A stretch of DNA of 23,435 bases from an uncultured Gemmatimonadales bacterium (GCA_963842945.1 CAWJIM010000007.1:1-23435); one strand, 5' to 3'. Counted from the stretch's first letter, positions 1 to 8,518 are shown. Notes: a model not told the origin generated them from the sequence alone. Numbers and translations are program-made.

Positions 1-132
1 TGCCGGCCGAGTACCTCTCTTCCTATTAGATAGGCCGCCCACCCTGCCCTTTGGTCTAATGGCCTCCTGCACGATCCGAGGCCACACTGTTTCATATCCC
101 GAACGTCAGTTTAGAAGAAGAAGGGGGGCCGA

Positions 133-1104
133 ATGTCGGTGGCTCTCGAGCTTGGCATGTACCTGGTGCTCGCTGCCGCGGGCCAGGACCGGTCCGTCCC
201 CTATCAGCCGGCGTCGTTACCGGCCGGGGTCCCCGGATACTTCTCCCGGAATGGTCTTCCGCCGGTGCCGGGAGTCTTAACTCTGACCGCGAGTGGATTG
301 ACCTTCCGCTCGCCTGGCGGAACCGTCCTGCTGAGCTACCAAACCATCCACGCCAACGAACCGGTGCATGCGAGCCAGCGTTCCGCGTCGCGCGCGAGGC
401 TGGCTTACACCGGAAAGCTCGGGAGCAGGGTCTCCTACGTTTTCCGGATCAAGGACGGCGTCTTCGAGACGGCAGAGCCCGGCGGCCTGCCCAACATCCT
501 GACCCAGCTGGCCCTTCTCGAGCGGGTACCCAGCAATCCGGTGCATGGTATCGCCGATGCCGCCGCCGCAGCCGGTGTTATCCGTAGGCTCTCCCAGAGC
601 GCCTATGCCGACACGCTCTATGCCCTGTTCGGGAAGCCCGCTAGGCCGGTGGGCTCCGTTGGATCCCGAGGAATCCGGATGGGCAATCTGGCCGAGTACG
701 TGAGTCCCCGTGATTCGGTAGCGCTGGATCCGGTCCACATAACCAGCCAGGACCAGCTGCGGCACGCCTTTGCTCACGAGCTGGGACATCGGTGGGAACA
801 GCGTGAGATGGGGCGGGTGGATTCGATACTGGCCAACGTGCTCGCGATGGGCGATCCGGAGCGGTATGGCTACGGCAGCCGGGCCGAGCACCGGGCCGAG
901 GCCATCGCATTCGCGGTGCACTTCCTCCAGAGCACCATGGCCGACCCCTCGTCAGACGGGCTCGACCTGCTGGAGCACTACGAGCTCCTGGTTCCCGGCA
1001 CCCGGGCCATGGTCGGCTACCTGATCCTGCTGCCAACGTACCGCCGCCATCCGTTCCGGGCGACGCTCGCCGAGCAGCAGGCTTCCTTGCCTTTGGTGCA
1101 ATAG
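133..1104 (+). CDS. Hypothetical protein with HExxH zinc-metallopeptidase motif and an N-terminal hydrophobic segment
   Basis: 323-aa ORF with purine-rich RBS (AGGGGGG) upstream. Contains AHELGH followed about 35 aa later by EHRAEAIA (gluzincin-like third ligand). N-terminus LGMYLVLAAAG is signal-like. Confidence 0.7.
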   Translation: MSVALELGMYLVLAAAGQDRSVPYQPASLPAGVPGYFSRNGLPPVPGVLTLTASGLTFRSPGGTVLLSYQTIHANEPVHASQRSASRARLAYTGKLGSRVSYVFRIKDGVFETAEPGGLPNILTQLALLERVPSNPVHGIADAAAAAGVIRRLSQSAYADTLYALFGKPARPVGSVGSRGIRMGNLAEYVSPRDSVALDPVHITSQDQLRHAFAHELGHRWEQREMGRVDSILANVLAMGDPERYGYGSRAEHRAEAIAFAVHFLQSTMADPSSDGLDLLEHYELLVPGTRAMVGYLILLPTYRRHPFRATLAEQQASLPLVQ

Positions 1105-1179
1105 ATCGTTCCCGCCTGCGGTCCTATGTTCGCCCGGAATTGCCATCTTTTTCACGAGAATTTTGCCAGGAGTGGTCGC

Positions 1180-2647
1180 ATGCCACGGTCCAGCGCGGTG
1201 TTGGGATTCTTCCTGTTCGCCGGTACGACGTTACTGAGTGCGCAGAGCCCGGGAAGCTTCGAGATCACCGGGTTCGGCCGCTACAGCTTCTTTGACGACA
1301 CCCTCGGTCTCGACGACCAGGTCGGGGGCGGCGGCTCACTCGGGTTTTTCTTCCTTCCAAACCTCGACATCGAGGCCGAGGCCGCGACGACCAGCGCTGA
1401 CGGGCCGGCGGGAAGCTCGATTACGAACACTCCGGTTCGCGGTCGGCTGACCTACCATATACCTCTGGGTGGCAATGCCAGTTCCATCCGGATCGGGGCC
1501 GGTTACGTCCGGGACATGTACGGGGAACCCACCGACACCGACGAGGACGGTATTACTGGCGTCCTCGGAGCTCCGCTTGGGCCTGAGCGAGAAGTTCGGC
1601 GTCAAGGTCGATGGTACCATCGACTACGTCCCGAGCCCCTCGGCAGGGACCATCGACAACTACATGAATCTCGGCGTGCAGGCCGGTCTCAGCCTCCTGC
1701 TGGGCAACTCGTCTGATAAGGACAAGGATCAAGTCAAGAACAAGGCGGATAACTGTCCGGGGACCCCTGAGGGAGAGTCGGTCGACGGCAGCGGCTGCGG
1801 GGCGAGCCAGCGGGACAGCGATGGCGACAAGGTGAAGGACGCGGGGGATCGCTGTCCCAACACCCCCTCCGGCCAGGCTGCGGATAGCCAGGGTTGCTCG
1901 CCGGACCAGAGGGACGCCGATCAGGATCGCGTCAGCGACAATAAGGACCGCTGCAAGAGCACGCCCGCCGGCGAGAAGGCAGATCCGGAAGGCTGCTCGG
2001 AGAGCCAGAAGGACGACGACAAGGACGCGGTGATGAACGTCGCCGACCGGTGCCCCGCTACGGCGGAGGGAGAGAAGGTGGATGAGCACGGTTGCGGGCC
2101 GGGGCAGCTCGATGCCGATTCCGACGGCGTTGCCGATGCCCAGGACCAGTGCCCCAACACCGTGATTGGCGAGCTGGTGGACCCCCGGGGCTGCGGCCGT
2201 GATGCCGACGGCGACAAGGTCCCGGATGTGGCGGACCGCTGCCCTGACACCCCCACCCGCGCGTCGGTAGACGAGAATGGCTGCCCGTCTCTGTTCCAGC
2301 AGGGTGCGAAGACGATCACTCTGCAGGGGGTAACCTTTGCAACCGGCTCGGCCACGCTCACGGCTGAATCGGAGGCGGCGCTGCAGGACGTGGCCAAACA
2401 GTTGCAGGCCAGCCCGGAGGTGCGGGTGCAAGTCGCAGGCTTCACCGACAATACCGGCTCGAGATCGGGGAACATCAAGATCTCGCAGAAGCGGGCCGTG
2501 GCAGTGGAGAAATTCCTGGAGCAGAACGGAGTATCGCCGGCACAGCTGAGCGCGAAGGGCTTCGGACCGGACAAACCAGTTGCCTCGAACAAGACGGCTG
2601 AGGGGCGGGCGAAGAACCGGCGGGTGGAGCTGATAAGGATGGAGTGA
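1180..2647 (+). CDS. OmpA-family outer membrane protein (N-terminal beta-barrel + thrombospondin type-3-like repeats + OmpA C-terminal peptidoglycan-binding domain); +1 frameshift at about 1570
   Basis: AGGAG RBS at 1168-1172, ATG at 1180, signal peptide MPRSSAVLGFFLFAGTTLLSAQ. Removing one base at about 1570 joins the two ORFs as ...GITGVLGLRLGLSEKFGVKVDG. C-terminal domain has F-ATGSA, GFTDNTG, SQKRA and NRRVE motifs. Confidence 0.9.
1715..2287 (+). repeat. Six TSP3-like Ca2+-binding repeats (about 33 aa, DxDxDxVxDxxDxCPxTP...D..GC) within the OmpA protein
   Basis: Repeats begin DKDKDQV, DSDGDKV, DADQDRV, DDDKDAV, DADSDGV and DADGDKV; each has two Cys. Confidence 0.9.
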
Positions 2648-2673
2648 AGGGGGCTGGAAGAGCGAAGCGGGAA

Positions 2674-2720
2674 GGAGGGGAAGCGGGGACGTGGCGGTGC
2701 TACGTTCCCGCTTTCTCTTT
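2674..2720 (+). terminator. 22-bp stem-loop between the convergent ompA-like and hdeD genes (terminator or 3' stabiliser)
   Basis: 2674-2695 pairs with 2699-2720 around a GGT loop: 16 Watson-Crick and 6 G.U pairs. No clean poly-U tail. Confidence 0.6.
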
Positions 2721-2743
2721 CCCCCCTTCCCCCTTCCCTGCTC

Positions 2744-3319
2744 CTACGCGAAGCGCTCAGCTACCCGCTTGTTCAAGCCGCGGAGCCGCAACCCCAGCGC
2801 GATCAGCAGAAGGCCAAAGAAGAAGGCGTAGACACCGATGGTATAAACGACCACCGCTGCGCCCCACTGCGGGTTTCCAATCGTCACCACTCCGAAGATC
2901 ACCGAGAGAACGCCCGACAGCGCCAGCAGCCACTCGCCGGAGATCTCCCGGCGCAGCCGGAAGGCGAGCACCACCTGAAGGACGCCAACGCCGATGGCCC
3001 AGGCAGCGATCCAGACAAGGATCGCCAGCGCCGTGACGCCGGGGCGGGCCAGGGTGAAGGCTCCAGCGGCAATGCCGAGGAGCCCAATGAGAATCAGGGG
3101 CCAGACCGGCCGGCCCTCATCCCGAACTTGAAAGGCGGTGATCAAGGCGACGATTCCGTCGATCAGGGCGTAGATGCCCCAGAGAGTGGCCAGAGCCAGG
3201 AGCGTGACGCCCGGCCGGGCAAAGGCCACAATGGACAATCCGATCGCCAAAACTCCCCGCAGGACGAGGAGTTTCCATTGGCGCTTCATGTTTTCGAGAA
3301 AACGTCCATTCGTCAGCAT
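2744..3319 (-). CDS. hdeD: HdeD family acid-resistance membrane protein (DUF308)
   Basis: 191 aa with six hydrophobic segments. Typical WKLLVLRGVLAI, GIYALIDG, WAIGVG and GEWLLALSGVLSVIFG motifs. GAGGG RBS. Confidence 0.85.
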   Translation of the reverse strand: MLTNGRFLENMKRQWKLLVLRGVLAIGLSIVAFARPGVTLLALATLWGIYALIDGIVALITAFQVRDEGRPVWPLILIGLLGIAAGAFTLARPGVTALAILVWIAAWAIGVGVLQVVLAFRLRREISGEWLLALSGVLSVIFGVVTIGNPQWGAAVVVYTIGVYAFFFGLLLIALGLRLRGLNKRVAERFA

Positions 3320-3350
3320 GGGATCCCTCGCTTTTTGGATCCGGCTCGAT

Positions 3351-3854
3351 TTATTGCGCTGTGGTATCTCCCGGCACCGGCAGGGCGGCCTGAAGATTGG
3401 CGCTGACCACGGTGTTCAATGCGTTCTCGATCTGGTAGAAGCGGACCACCTTGACCCCGGGCACCGCTTTGCGGAACTTCCCGGCGTACTTCTTCTGCAG
3501 ATCGATCTGCTTCTCCCGCAGGCTGAACCAGTCATCGAGCAGCTTCTTCGACTGTTCGTCGGACATGGTGGCGGCCTGAGTGGCGAACCGGTCCAGCCAC
3601 TCGACTCTCTGGTCGCCCTGTTTGGCAATTTCGTTGCGGAACTCCCGGTAGATCGGCCAGAACTTCTCGCTCTCGGCCGGGGTCAGCTCCATGAGCTGCT
3701 GCACGATCTCCTGCCGCCGGGTCTGGATATTGGCCCGGGTGAGCTCGAGCTGGTCGCCGGTGGAGGACTGGCCGGCCTGAGCGTGAGCTGGAGGGGCAAT
3801 GAGCAAGCCGCTCAGCGCCAGCGCGCCGAGCCAGGCCGGGTGAGCCTTCCTCAT
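3351..3854 (-). CDS. Secreted all-helical hypothetical protein (Spy/CpxP-like, 'LT..E...FWPIY..F' family), paralog A
   Basis: GGAGG RBS before ATG 3854; signal peptide ending AHA-Q; 167 aa; about 72% identical (manual count) to 17955..18461. Confidence 0.85.
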   Translation of the reverse strand: MRKAHPAWLGALALSGLLIAPPAHAQAGQSSTGDQLELTRANIQTRRQEIVQQLMELTPAESEKFWPIYREFRNEIAKQGDQRVEWLDRFATQAATMSDEQSKKLLDDWFSLREKQIDLQKKYAGKFRKAVPGVKVVRFYQIENALNTVVSANLQAALPVPGDTTAQ

Positions 3855-3882
3855 GAGAGGACCTCCATGGGTATACAGGTGG

Positions 3883-3911
3883 ATGCCCGCCCCGAGCCTG
3901 ACGGCGGGCAT
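3883..3911. other. Intercistronic 9-bp stem-loop
   Basis: ATGCCCGCC (3883-3891) and GGCGGGCAT (3903-3911), located between the small lipoprotein gene and paralog A. Confidence 0.4.
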
Positions 3912-3937
3912 AGTTAGCTGCCGTCAGTCGCTGCCGG

Positions 3938-4204
3938 TCAGGTCGAGTCAGGCCGGACGGAATCCGCCGGGGCGGAAGTGTCAGACGGATAGGCACCCGT
4001 GCTCGCCGCAGTGGTATCTCCGTAGGCTCCCGGGGTGGCAGCCGTGGTGTCCTTAGCCGGGGCCGGGTTAGCACTAGTGGTGTCGGCTGGCGCCTGACCG
4101 GCAGCCTGTTCCGGCGTGGCTTGCTCCGGCTCCGACTTGTTGCAGCCACCGACCAGGATCACCGCCGCGACGATCCCGGCGCCCATCAGTTTTCCCTGCC
4201 ACAT
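3938..4204 (-). CDS. Small low-complexity lipoprotein (88 aa)
   Basis: GGAGG RBS before ATG 4204. Signal peptide MWQGKLMGAGIVAAVILVGG-C; mature part is rich in A/P/T/D/S. Confidence 0.8.
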   Translation of the reverse strand: MWQGKLMGAGIVAAVILVGGCNKSEPEQATPEQAAGQAPADTTSANPAPAKDTTAATPGAYGDTTAASTGAYPSDTSAPADSVRPDST

Positions 4205-4279
4205 AATGCCTCCGCGCATGAGTCGTGAAGAAACCTCTTTCCCAGGATCACTATGGGGGAGACCGAGGGTCCAACGAAA

Positions 4280-4295
4280 CTGCACTTTGTACCAG
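4280..4295 (-). promoter_or_regulatory. Degenerate palindromic activator box 1 (CTGGTAC-AA-AGTGCAG-TTTC) with -10 CATAGT at 4255-4250
   Basis: CTG-N10-CAG core with TTTC tail. The downstream 24-nt spacer and CATAGTGAT match those of box 7 (17881). Confidence 0.55.
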
Positions 4296-4324
4296 TCCCA
4301 GAGCCCACGACAAGGCGCGGCTGC

Positions 4325-4340
4325 CTGTCAGAAATGCCAG
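4325..4340 (+). promoter_or_regulatory. Palindromic activator box 2 (CTGTCAG-AA-ATGCCAG-TTTC) with -10 TAGCCT at 4364-4369
   Basis: Matches the repeated consensus; 23-nt spacer to TAGCCT; upstream of the DyP operon. Confidence 0.75.
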
Positions 4341-4437
4341 TTTCCTCCTGTAGCACCCACTCCTAGCCTCAAGCAGCCGCCGTACTCGCCACTCAGGCGC
4401 TGAGTAATCCTGCCAACGTCACCTACGAGAGGTTCCC

Positions 4438-5028
4438 ATGACGAACACCATGACCGAGCCAACCGACACGACAGAGATCGTAGAAGACTGGTCCAAGCCC
4501 GCAGCGATGGCGATTCCGAAGGAAGGGTTCTTCAAGCTGGAGCAGGGACGGTACGGTCCGATTTATCCCAAGACCCCCGCGAACTATGGGTTCACCATCA
4601 TCGCCAAGATCAAACCGGGTACCGAGCAGACCATCCGTGAGTACGGCCACAAGATCGAGGATACCATCAAGGGTCTGCCGGATGGACTTGCCGTGCTCAA
4701 GCTGCATTACCTCCGGTGGGTGCTCTTCGACATCGGCAAGGAGACCTACTTCATGTATCAGGGCATCTTCGATACCGATTTCGACAAGTACACCGAGGAC
4801 GCTGTTGCGCTCTTCGGCAAGTACGGCATCAGCACGGTCTTCGAGAACCTGGAGGGCTTCCCGATGGACTGGAAGACCAACCCTTCGGCGTTCGTCCAGT
4901 TCGTCCGCGACCACCACCGTCCCAGCTTCCTCGAGTACGGCGAGTACCCCTACGTGACCGCGGAGGAGATCAAGAAGGCGCTGAGGCTGAAGGCGGCGTT
5001 CTCCAACATGCTGGATCAGATGCAGTGA
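4438..5028 (+). CDS. Conserved hypothetical protein, DyP-associated (probable dimeric alpha/beta-barrel-like fold)
   Basis: 196 aa, GAGAGG RBS, strong codon bias. The FTIIAKIKPG...LHYLRWVLFD...GIFDTDFDKYTED pattern resembles domains found beside or fused to DyP and catalase genes. Confidence 0.8.
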   Translation: MTNTMTEPTDTTEIVEDWSKPAAMAIPKEGFFKLEQGRYGPIYPKTPANYGFTIIAKIKPGTEQTIREYGHKIEDTIKGLPDGLAVLKLHYLRWVLFDIGKETYFMYQGIFDTDFDKYTEDAVALFGKYGISTVFENLEGFPMDWKTNPSAFVQFVRDHHRPSFLEYGEYPYVTAEEIKKALRLKAAFSNMLDQMQ

Positions 5029-5047
5029 GTCGGCAGGGGAGGCAACG

Positions 5048-6373
5048 ATGCTCGAGCTCGATGACATCCAGCACATTCTGGTGACCCGAACCCCGGCGCT
5101 GACCGGGCGGTACGAATTTCTCACCTTCCGGGACACCGCCGGCGCCCAGGGCTGGCTTACGGGCATCCTGGAGAAGGTCCGCTCGGCCTCCAGCGTACGG
5201 ACTACGGTCGAGAGCGACAATCGCTGGGTGAACGTCGCATTCACCTGGGAAGGATTGCGGGCCCTCGGCGTGGATGAGGCGTCGCTGGCGACGTTCCCCG
5301 AAGAATTCAAGCAGGGCATGGTGGCTCGGGCCGAAATGCTGGGTGACACCGGCGTCAACCATCCGAACTGCTGGGTGGGAGACCTGGCCAGTCCCGACCT
5401 CCACGCCATAGTGATTCTGTTCGCCCGCACGGCCGCGGAGCATACCCGGTGTGTGGCGGCCCATGAGGAGCTGCTGGCGGAGATCCCCGGAGTGGAACGG
5501 CTCTCCTTCCTCGACCTCGAGGCCACCCCGCCCTTCGATTACGCCCATGACCACTTCGGCTACCGAGACCGTCTTTCCCAGCCGGTGATGAAGGGAACCG
5601 GAGAGGAGCCAACTCCCGGCTCCGGCGCGGCGCTCGAGCCGGGCGAGTTCATTCTGGGCTATCCCGATGAAAACGGTCCTCCCGCCCTCCAGCCGCAACC
5701 CCAGGTGTTGTCCCGGAACGGCAGCTATATGGCGTACCGCCGGCTGGAGGAACACGTGGGGAAGTTTCGGGAGTTTCTAGCCGAGCACGGGAAGACCGCC
5801 GAAGAACAGGAGTTCATCGCCGCGAAGCTCATGGGCCGGTGGCGCAGCGGTGCGCCGTTAGTCCTCGCTCCCGAGAAAGATGATCCGGTGCTCGGAGCCG
5901 ATATGCAGCGGAACAACGATTTCAACTACAAGAAGATGGACCCGCTGGGCTATGCCGTTCCGCTCGGCTCCCATTGCCGCCGGATGAACCCCCGGGACAC
6001 GGCCGCCAACATGAACCGGAGGCGGATGATTCGGCGGGGCGCCACCTATGGCCCGCCTCTGCCGGAAGGCGCGCCGGAAGACGGCGTAGAACGAGGGATC
6101 GCCGCGTTCGTGATCTGCGCCAGTCTCATCCGCCAGTTCGAGTTCGCCCAGAACGTGTGGATCAACGACAAGAACTTTCACGAGCTGAAAAATGAGCGCG
6201 ATCCGATCATCGGGACGCAGGACGGGACGCTGGAGTACAAGATTCCGAAGCGCCCGATAAAGAAGCGCATCACCGGCCTCCCCGCGTTCACCACCGTCCG
6301 GGGCGGGGCCTACTTCTTTCTACCGGGCCTCAAAGCGCTCAGGCATCTCGCGGGCTCGGGCGATGCGCGCTGA
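5048..6373 (+). CDS. DyP-type (dye-decolorizing) heme peroxidase, long class C/V-like
   Basis: GGAGG RBS. Motifs LDDIQ, HFGYRDRLSQP (GxxD motif), GEFILGY, NGSYMAYRRLEE, AKLMGRW, SHCRRMNPR (proximal His), IRRGATYG (distal Arg), QFEF and RDPIIG. No signal peptide. Confidence 0.92.
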   Translation: MLELDDIQHILVTRTPALTGRYEFLTFRDTAGAQGWLTGILEKVRSASSVRTTVESDNRWVNVAFTWEGLRALGVDEASLATFPEEFKQGMVARAEMLGDTGVNHPNCWVGDLASPDLHAIVILFARTAAEHTRCVAAHEELLAEIPGVERLSFLDLEATPPFDYAHDHFGYRDRLSQPVMKGTGEEPTPGSGAALEPGEFILGYPDENGPPALQPQPQVLSRNGSYMAYRRLEEHVGKFREFLAEHGKTAEEQEFIAAKLMGRWRSGAPLVLAPEKDDPVLGADMQRNNDFNYKKMDPLGYAVPLGSHCRRMNPRDTAANMNRRRMIRRGATYGPPLPEGAPEDGVERGIAAFVICASLIRQFEFAQNVWINDKNFHELKNERDPIIGTQDGTLEYKIPKRPIKKRITGLPAFTTVRGGAYFFLPGLKALRHLAGSGDAR

Positions 6374-6376
6374 GCC

Positions 6377-7285
6377 ATGCGCACCCTGCCCGTCGCGGTG
6401 GCCTGCAGCTTCATCGCGTTCGGGTGGGCCCAGGCGCAGAACCGGGGCGTCTACCCGCTGGGCATGAGCGCCATAGGCTCGGGCGTGATGCCGGCCGCCG
6501 GGTTCACCTACTCAAACTCGTTCCTGTTCTACTCCCGCAACCGGAGTGTGGATGCCGAGGGCGGGGTCTTGGCCACCGGCAGCAATTCGGTCCTTATGGA
6601 CATGAACGGGTTCGTGTGGGCCAGCGCGAAGCAGGTTCTCGGCGGGGCCAGGCTGGCGGCCTCGGCCACTCTGCCGATCGCCAACAACTCGCTTGCGTCC
6701 GACGCGAGCGGGGCAATCAGCGGCGGTGGCGGGTTTGCCGACTCCTACTATCAGCCGCTGATTCTGGGCTGGGCCACGCAACGCGCGGAGATCAAGGCGA
6801 TCTACGGATTCCTGGCTCCGACTGGGCGATTCGACGCCGGCCAGGACGATAACGTCGGATCGGGATACTGGACCCACGTCGTCGCATCGGGTCAAACGAT
6901 CTATCTGACCGCGGACAGGAGAACGGCTCTCTCCGCCTTCCAGATGTACGAGTTTCACGGCACTCAGGAGAGCACCGGTATTCGGCCGGGGCAGACCCTG
7001 AATCTCGACTATTCGGCCACTCGGTTGTTCCCGCTGCGGGAGGATCTGCAGCTGCAGCTGGGACTGGTTGGATACGAACAGCGGCAGACCACGGACAAGA
7101 CCGGGCCGACCGTAACACCGGAGCAGGCCGCGGCCCACTACAGCGTCAACGCGCTGGGCTTCACCGCAAACCTGGGCTTCCCCGCCCGGGAGGTCGGGCT
7201 CGGCCTCAAGTATTTCAAGGAGTTTTCCAACCGATCGACCTTCCAGGGCCACTCGCTGCAGATCGCCGCGTCGGTCCACTTCTGA
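6377..7285 (+). CDS. COG4313/SphA-like (Phenol_MetA_deg) outer membrane channel
   Basis: Signal peptide ending AQA; YPLG...G..P..G N-terminal plug; APTGRFD...NVGSGYW motif; C-terminal Phe. Confidence 0.85.
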   Translation: MRTLPVAVACSFIAFGWAQAQNRGVYPLGMSAIGSGVMPAAGFTYSNSFLFYSRNRSVDAEGGVLATGSNSVLMDMNGFVWASAKQVLGGARLAASATLPIANNSLASDASGAISGGGGFADSYYQPLILGWATQRAEIKAIYGFLAPTGRFDAGQDDNVGSGYWTHVVASGQTIYLTADRRTALSAFQMYEFHGTQESTGIRPGQTLNLDYSATRLFPLREDLQLQLGLVGYEQRQTTDKTGPTVTPEQAAAHYSVNALGFTANLGFPAREVGLGLKYFKEFSNRSTFQGHSLQIAASVHF

Positions 7286-7318
7286 CGGCGGTTTAGCCAG
7301 ACGAGAACGGAGCACAAT

Positions 7319-8335
7319 ATGAGTACAGTCAATGCCGCGAGGACCTACAACCAGGATCACGTTCCCCGGAAGTACAAGTCCGGCAAGCGGCGGGTGAGCA
7401 TCTACTGGACCTGGAGCTATCCCTGGGAGGCGAACCGCGATCCATCCATCATGGACAACCGCTTTTCCACCTTCACCGAGGTTCGCAGGGTGGCTTGGCC
7501 CGAGTATGAAACCCGGGAGTGGGACGAGCAGGGCTTCCTGCAGGGCATTGCCGGTACGCTGGAGCTGTTTCACCGCTCGACGCTGAGCTTTCAGCAGCTG
7601 GTGGGCGAAGCGACCGAGCAGCCCGTCGCCGTCTTCCAGCGGATCGACCAGGCCGGCTATCGGCAGCCGATCGACGAGCGAGTTCTGGCGGACACGGACA
7701 CGCTGATGGTCTTCGGGCTCGACCACCTGCTCGCGGAGCAGGAAGCTGCGCCGGAGGAGATCGCCGCGCTCCGGGAGTGGCTCAAGCGCGAGGGGACCTG
7801 TCTCCTGATCGGCCCCCACCATGACGTCGGTTTTGCGGCCGACCTGAAGCAGCGGCAGATGGAGTACAAGCACCACGGCGATCCGCTGGTGCCGCGGCAG
7901 CAGCGGTTCGGCCAGTACACCCGGTCTTTGATGAAGGGGCTGAACGTTCCGGTGATGAACCAGTACGGACTCCGCCCGGCGGTGGTAAAAGGCACCACCC
8001 AGATCGCGCCACTCCACACCAACCGGGACCTCGACGTCCGGGGCCTTCTGCGCGATGTCACCACCTTCAACTTCCATCCTCACCTGCCCCATTACGCCCT
8101 GACCAACGGCGACACCTCGTCGGTGCGGGTCCTCTCCTGCCAGCCGATCGACCTGGACCGGCCCCACCCGTTTACGGCCGCCGGCAACACCGAGTTCAAC
8201 TGCTTCATCTGGATGCCGCCTCAGTCGGAGCGCGGCGGAGATATCCTGATGGCTGACTCGACCATCTTCACCACGCTGTTCGGCGGCACCCAGAGTCTGG
8301 AGAATTTCTGGCGGAACCTCGCGCTGATGAGATGA
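7319..8335 (+). CDS. Conserved hypothetical cytoplasmic protein (possible class I glutamine amidotransferase-like/ThuA-like fold)
   Basis: 338 aa, GGAG RBS. The beta-alpha-beta pattern DTLMVFGLDH...EEIAALREWLKREGTCLLIGPHHD suggests the fold (inference). Also contains HPHLPHY. Confidence 0.75.
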   Translation: MSTVNAARTYNQDHVPRKYKSGKRRVSIYWTWSYPWEANRDPSIMDNRFSTFTEVRRVAWPEYETREWDEQGFLQGIAGTLELFHRSTLSFQQLVGEATEQPVAVFQRIDQAGYRQPIDERVLADTDTLMVFGLDHLLAEQEAAPEEIAALREWLKREGTCLLIGPHHDVGFAADLKQRQMEYKHHGDPLVPRQQRFGQYTRSLMKGLNVPVMNQYGLRPAVVKGTTQIAPLHTNRDLDVRGLLRDVTTFNFHPHLPHYALTNGDTSSVRVLSCQPIDLDRPHPFTAAGNTEFNCFIWMPPQSERGGDILMADSTIFTTLFGGTQSLENFWRNLALMR

Positions 8336-8360
8336 ACTAAGCGGGGCCACAAAGCCCAAC

Positions 8361-8376
8361 CTGTCAGAACTGCCAG
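8361..8376 (+). promoter_or_regulatory. Palindromic activator box 3 (CTGTCAG-AA-CTGCCAG-TTCC) with -10 TAGCCT at 8400-8405
   Basis: 15/16 identical to box 2, with the same 23-nt spacer and the same TAGCCT hexamer; upstream of the arylsulfatase. Confidence 0.8.
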
Positions 8377-8463
8377 TTCCCGATCGTACCGCGCGACCCT
8401 AGCCTGGAGCCATTCGCCACCATTGGCCACCAAGCGGCCGAGCCTTCCTGCCCGGCAGCCTGC

Positions 8464-8518
8464 GCCTTGTTAGGGGTATCCGCAGCGGCGTGATGAACGC
8501 CGACGATACCATCAAGGC
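8464..8518 (+). promoter_or_regulatory. Three-helix interrupted hairpin in the predicted arylsulfatase 5' leader
   Basis: GCCTTG/CAAGGC (8464-69/8513-18), GGTATC/GATACC (8475-80/8505-10), CGGCGT/ACGCCG (8486-91/8497-8502), loop GATGA. Confidence 0.4.

Noticed and set aside
1469..2647. Stand-alone 392-aa OmpA ORF
   Set aside because: No RBS or signal peptide; it is the distal part of the frameshifted gene starting at 1180.
4391..4405. ACTCAG-gcg-CTGAGT hairpin in the DyP operon leader
   Set aside because: Only a 6-bp stem with no second copy; insufficient evidence of function.
6512..8359. 615-aa antisense ORF (and similar long shadow ORFs, e.g. 1553..2431, 4423..5526, 8512..9885, 12127..13188)
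   Set aside because: They lie opposite or out of frame with well-supported genes, have no recognisable motifs or RBS, and are expected from high-GC codon bias.
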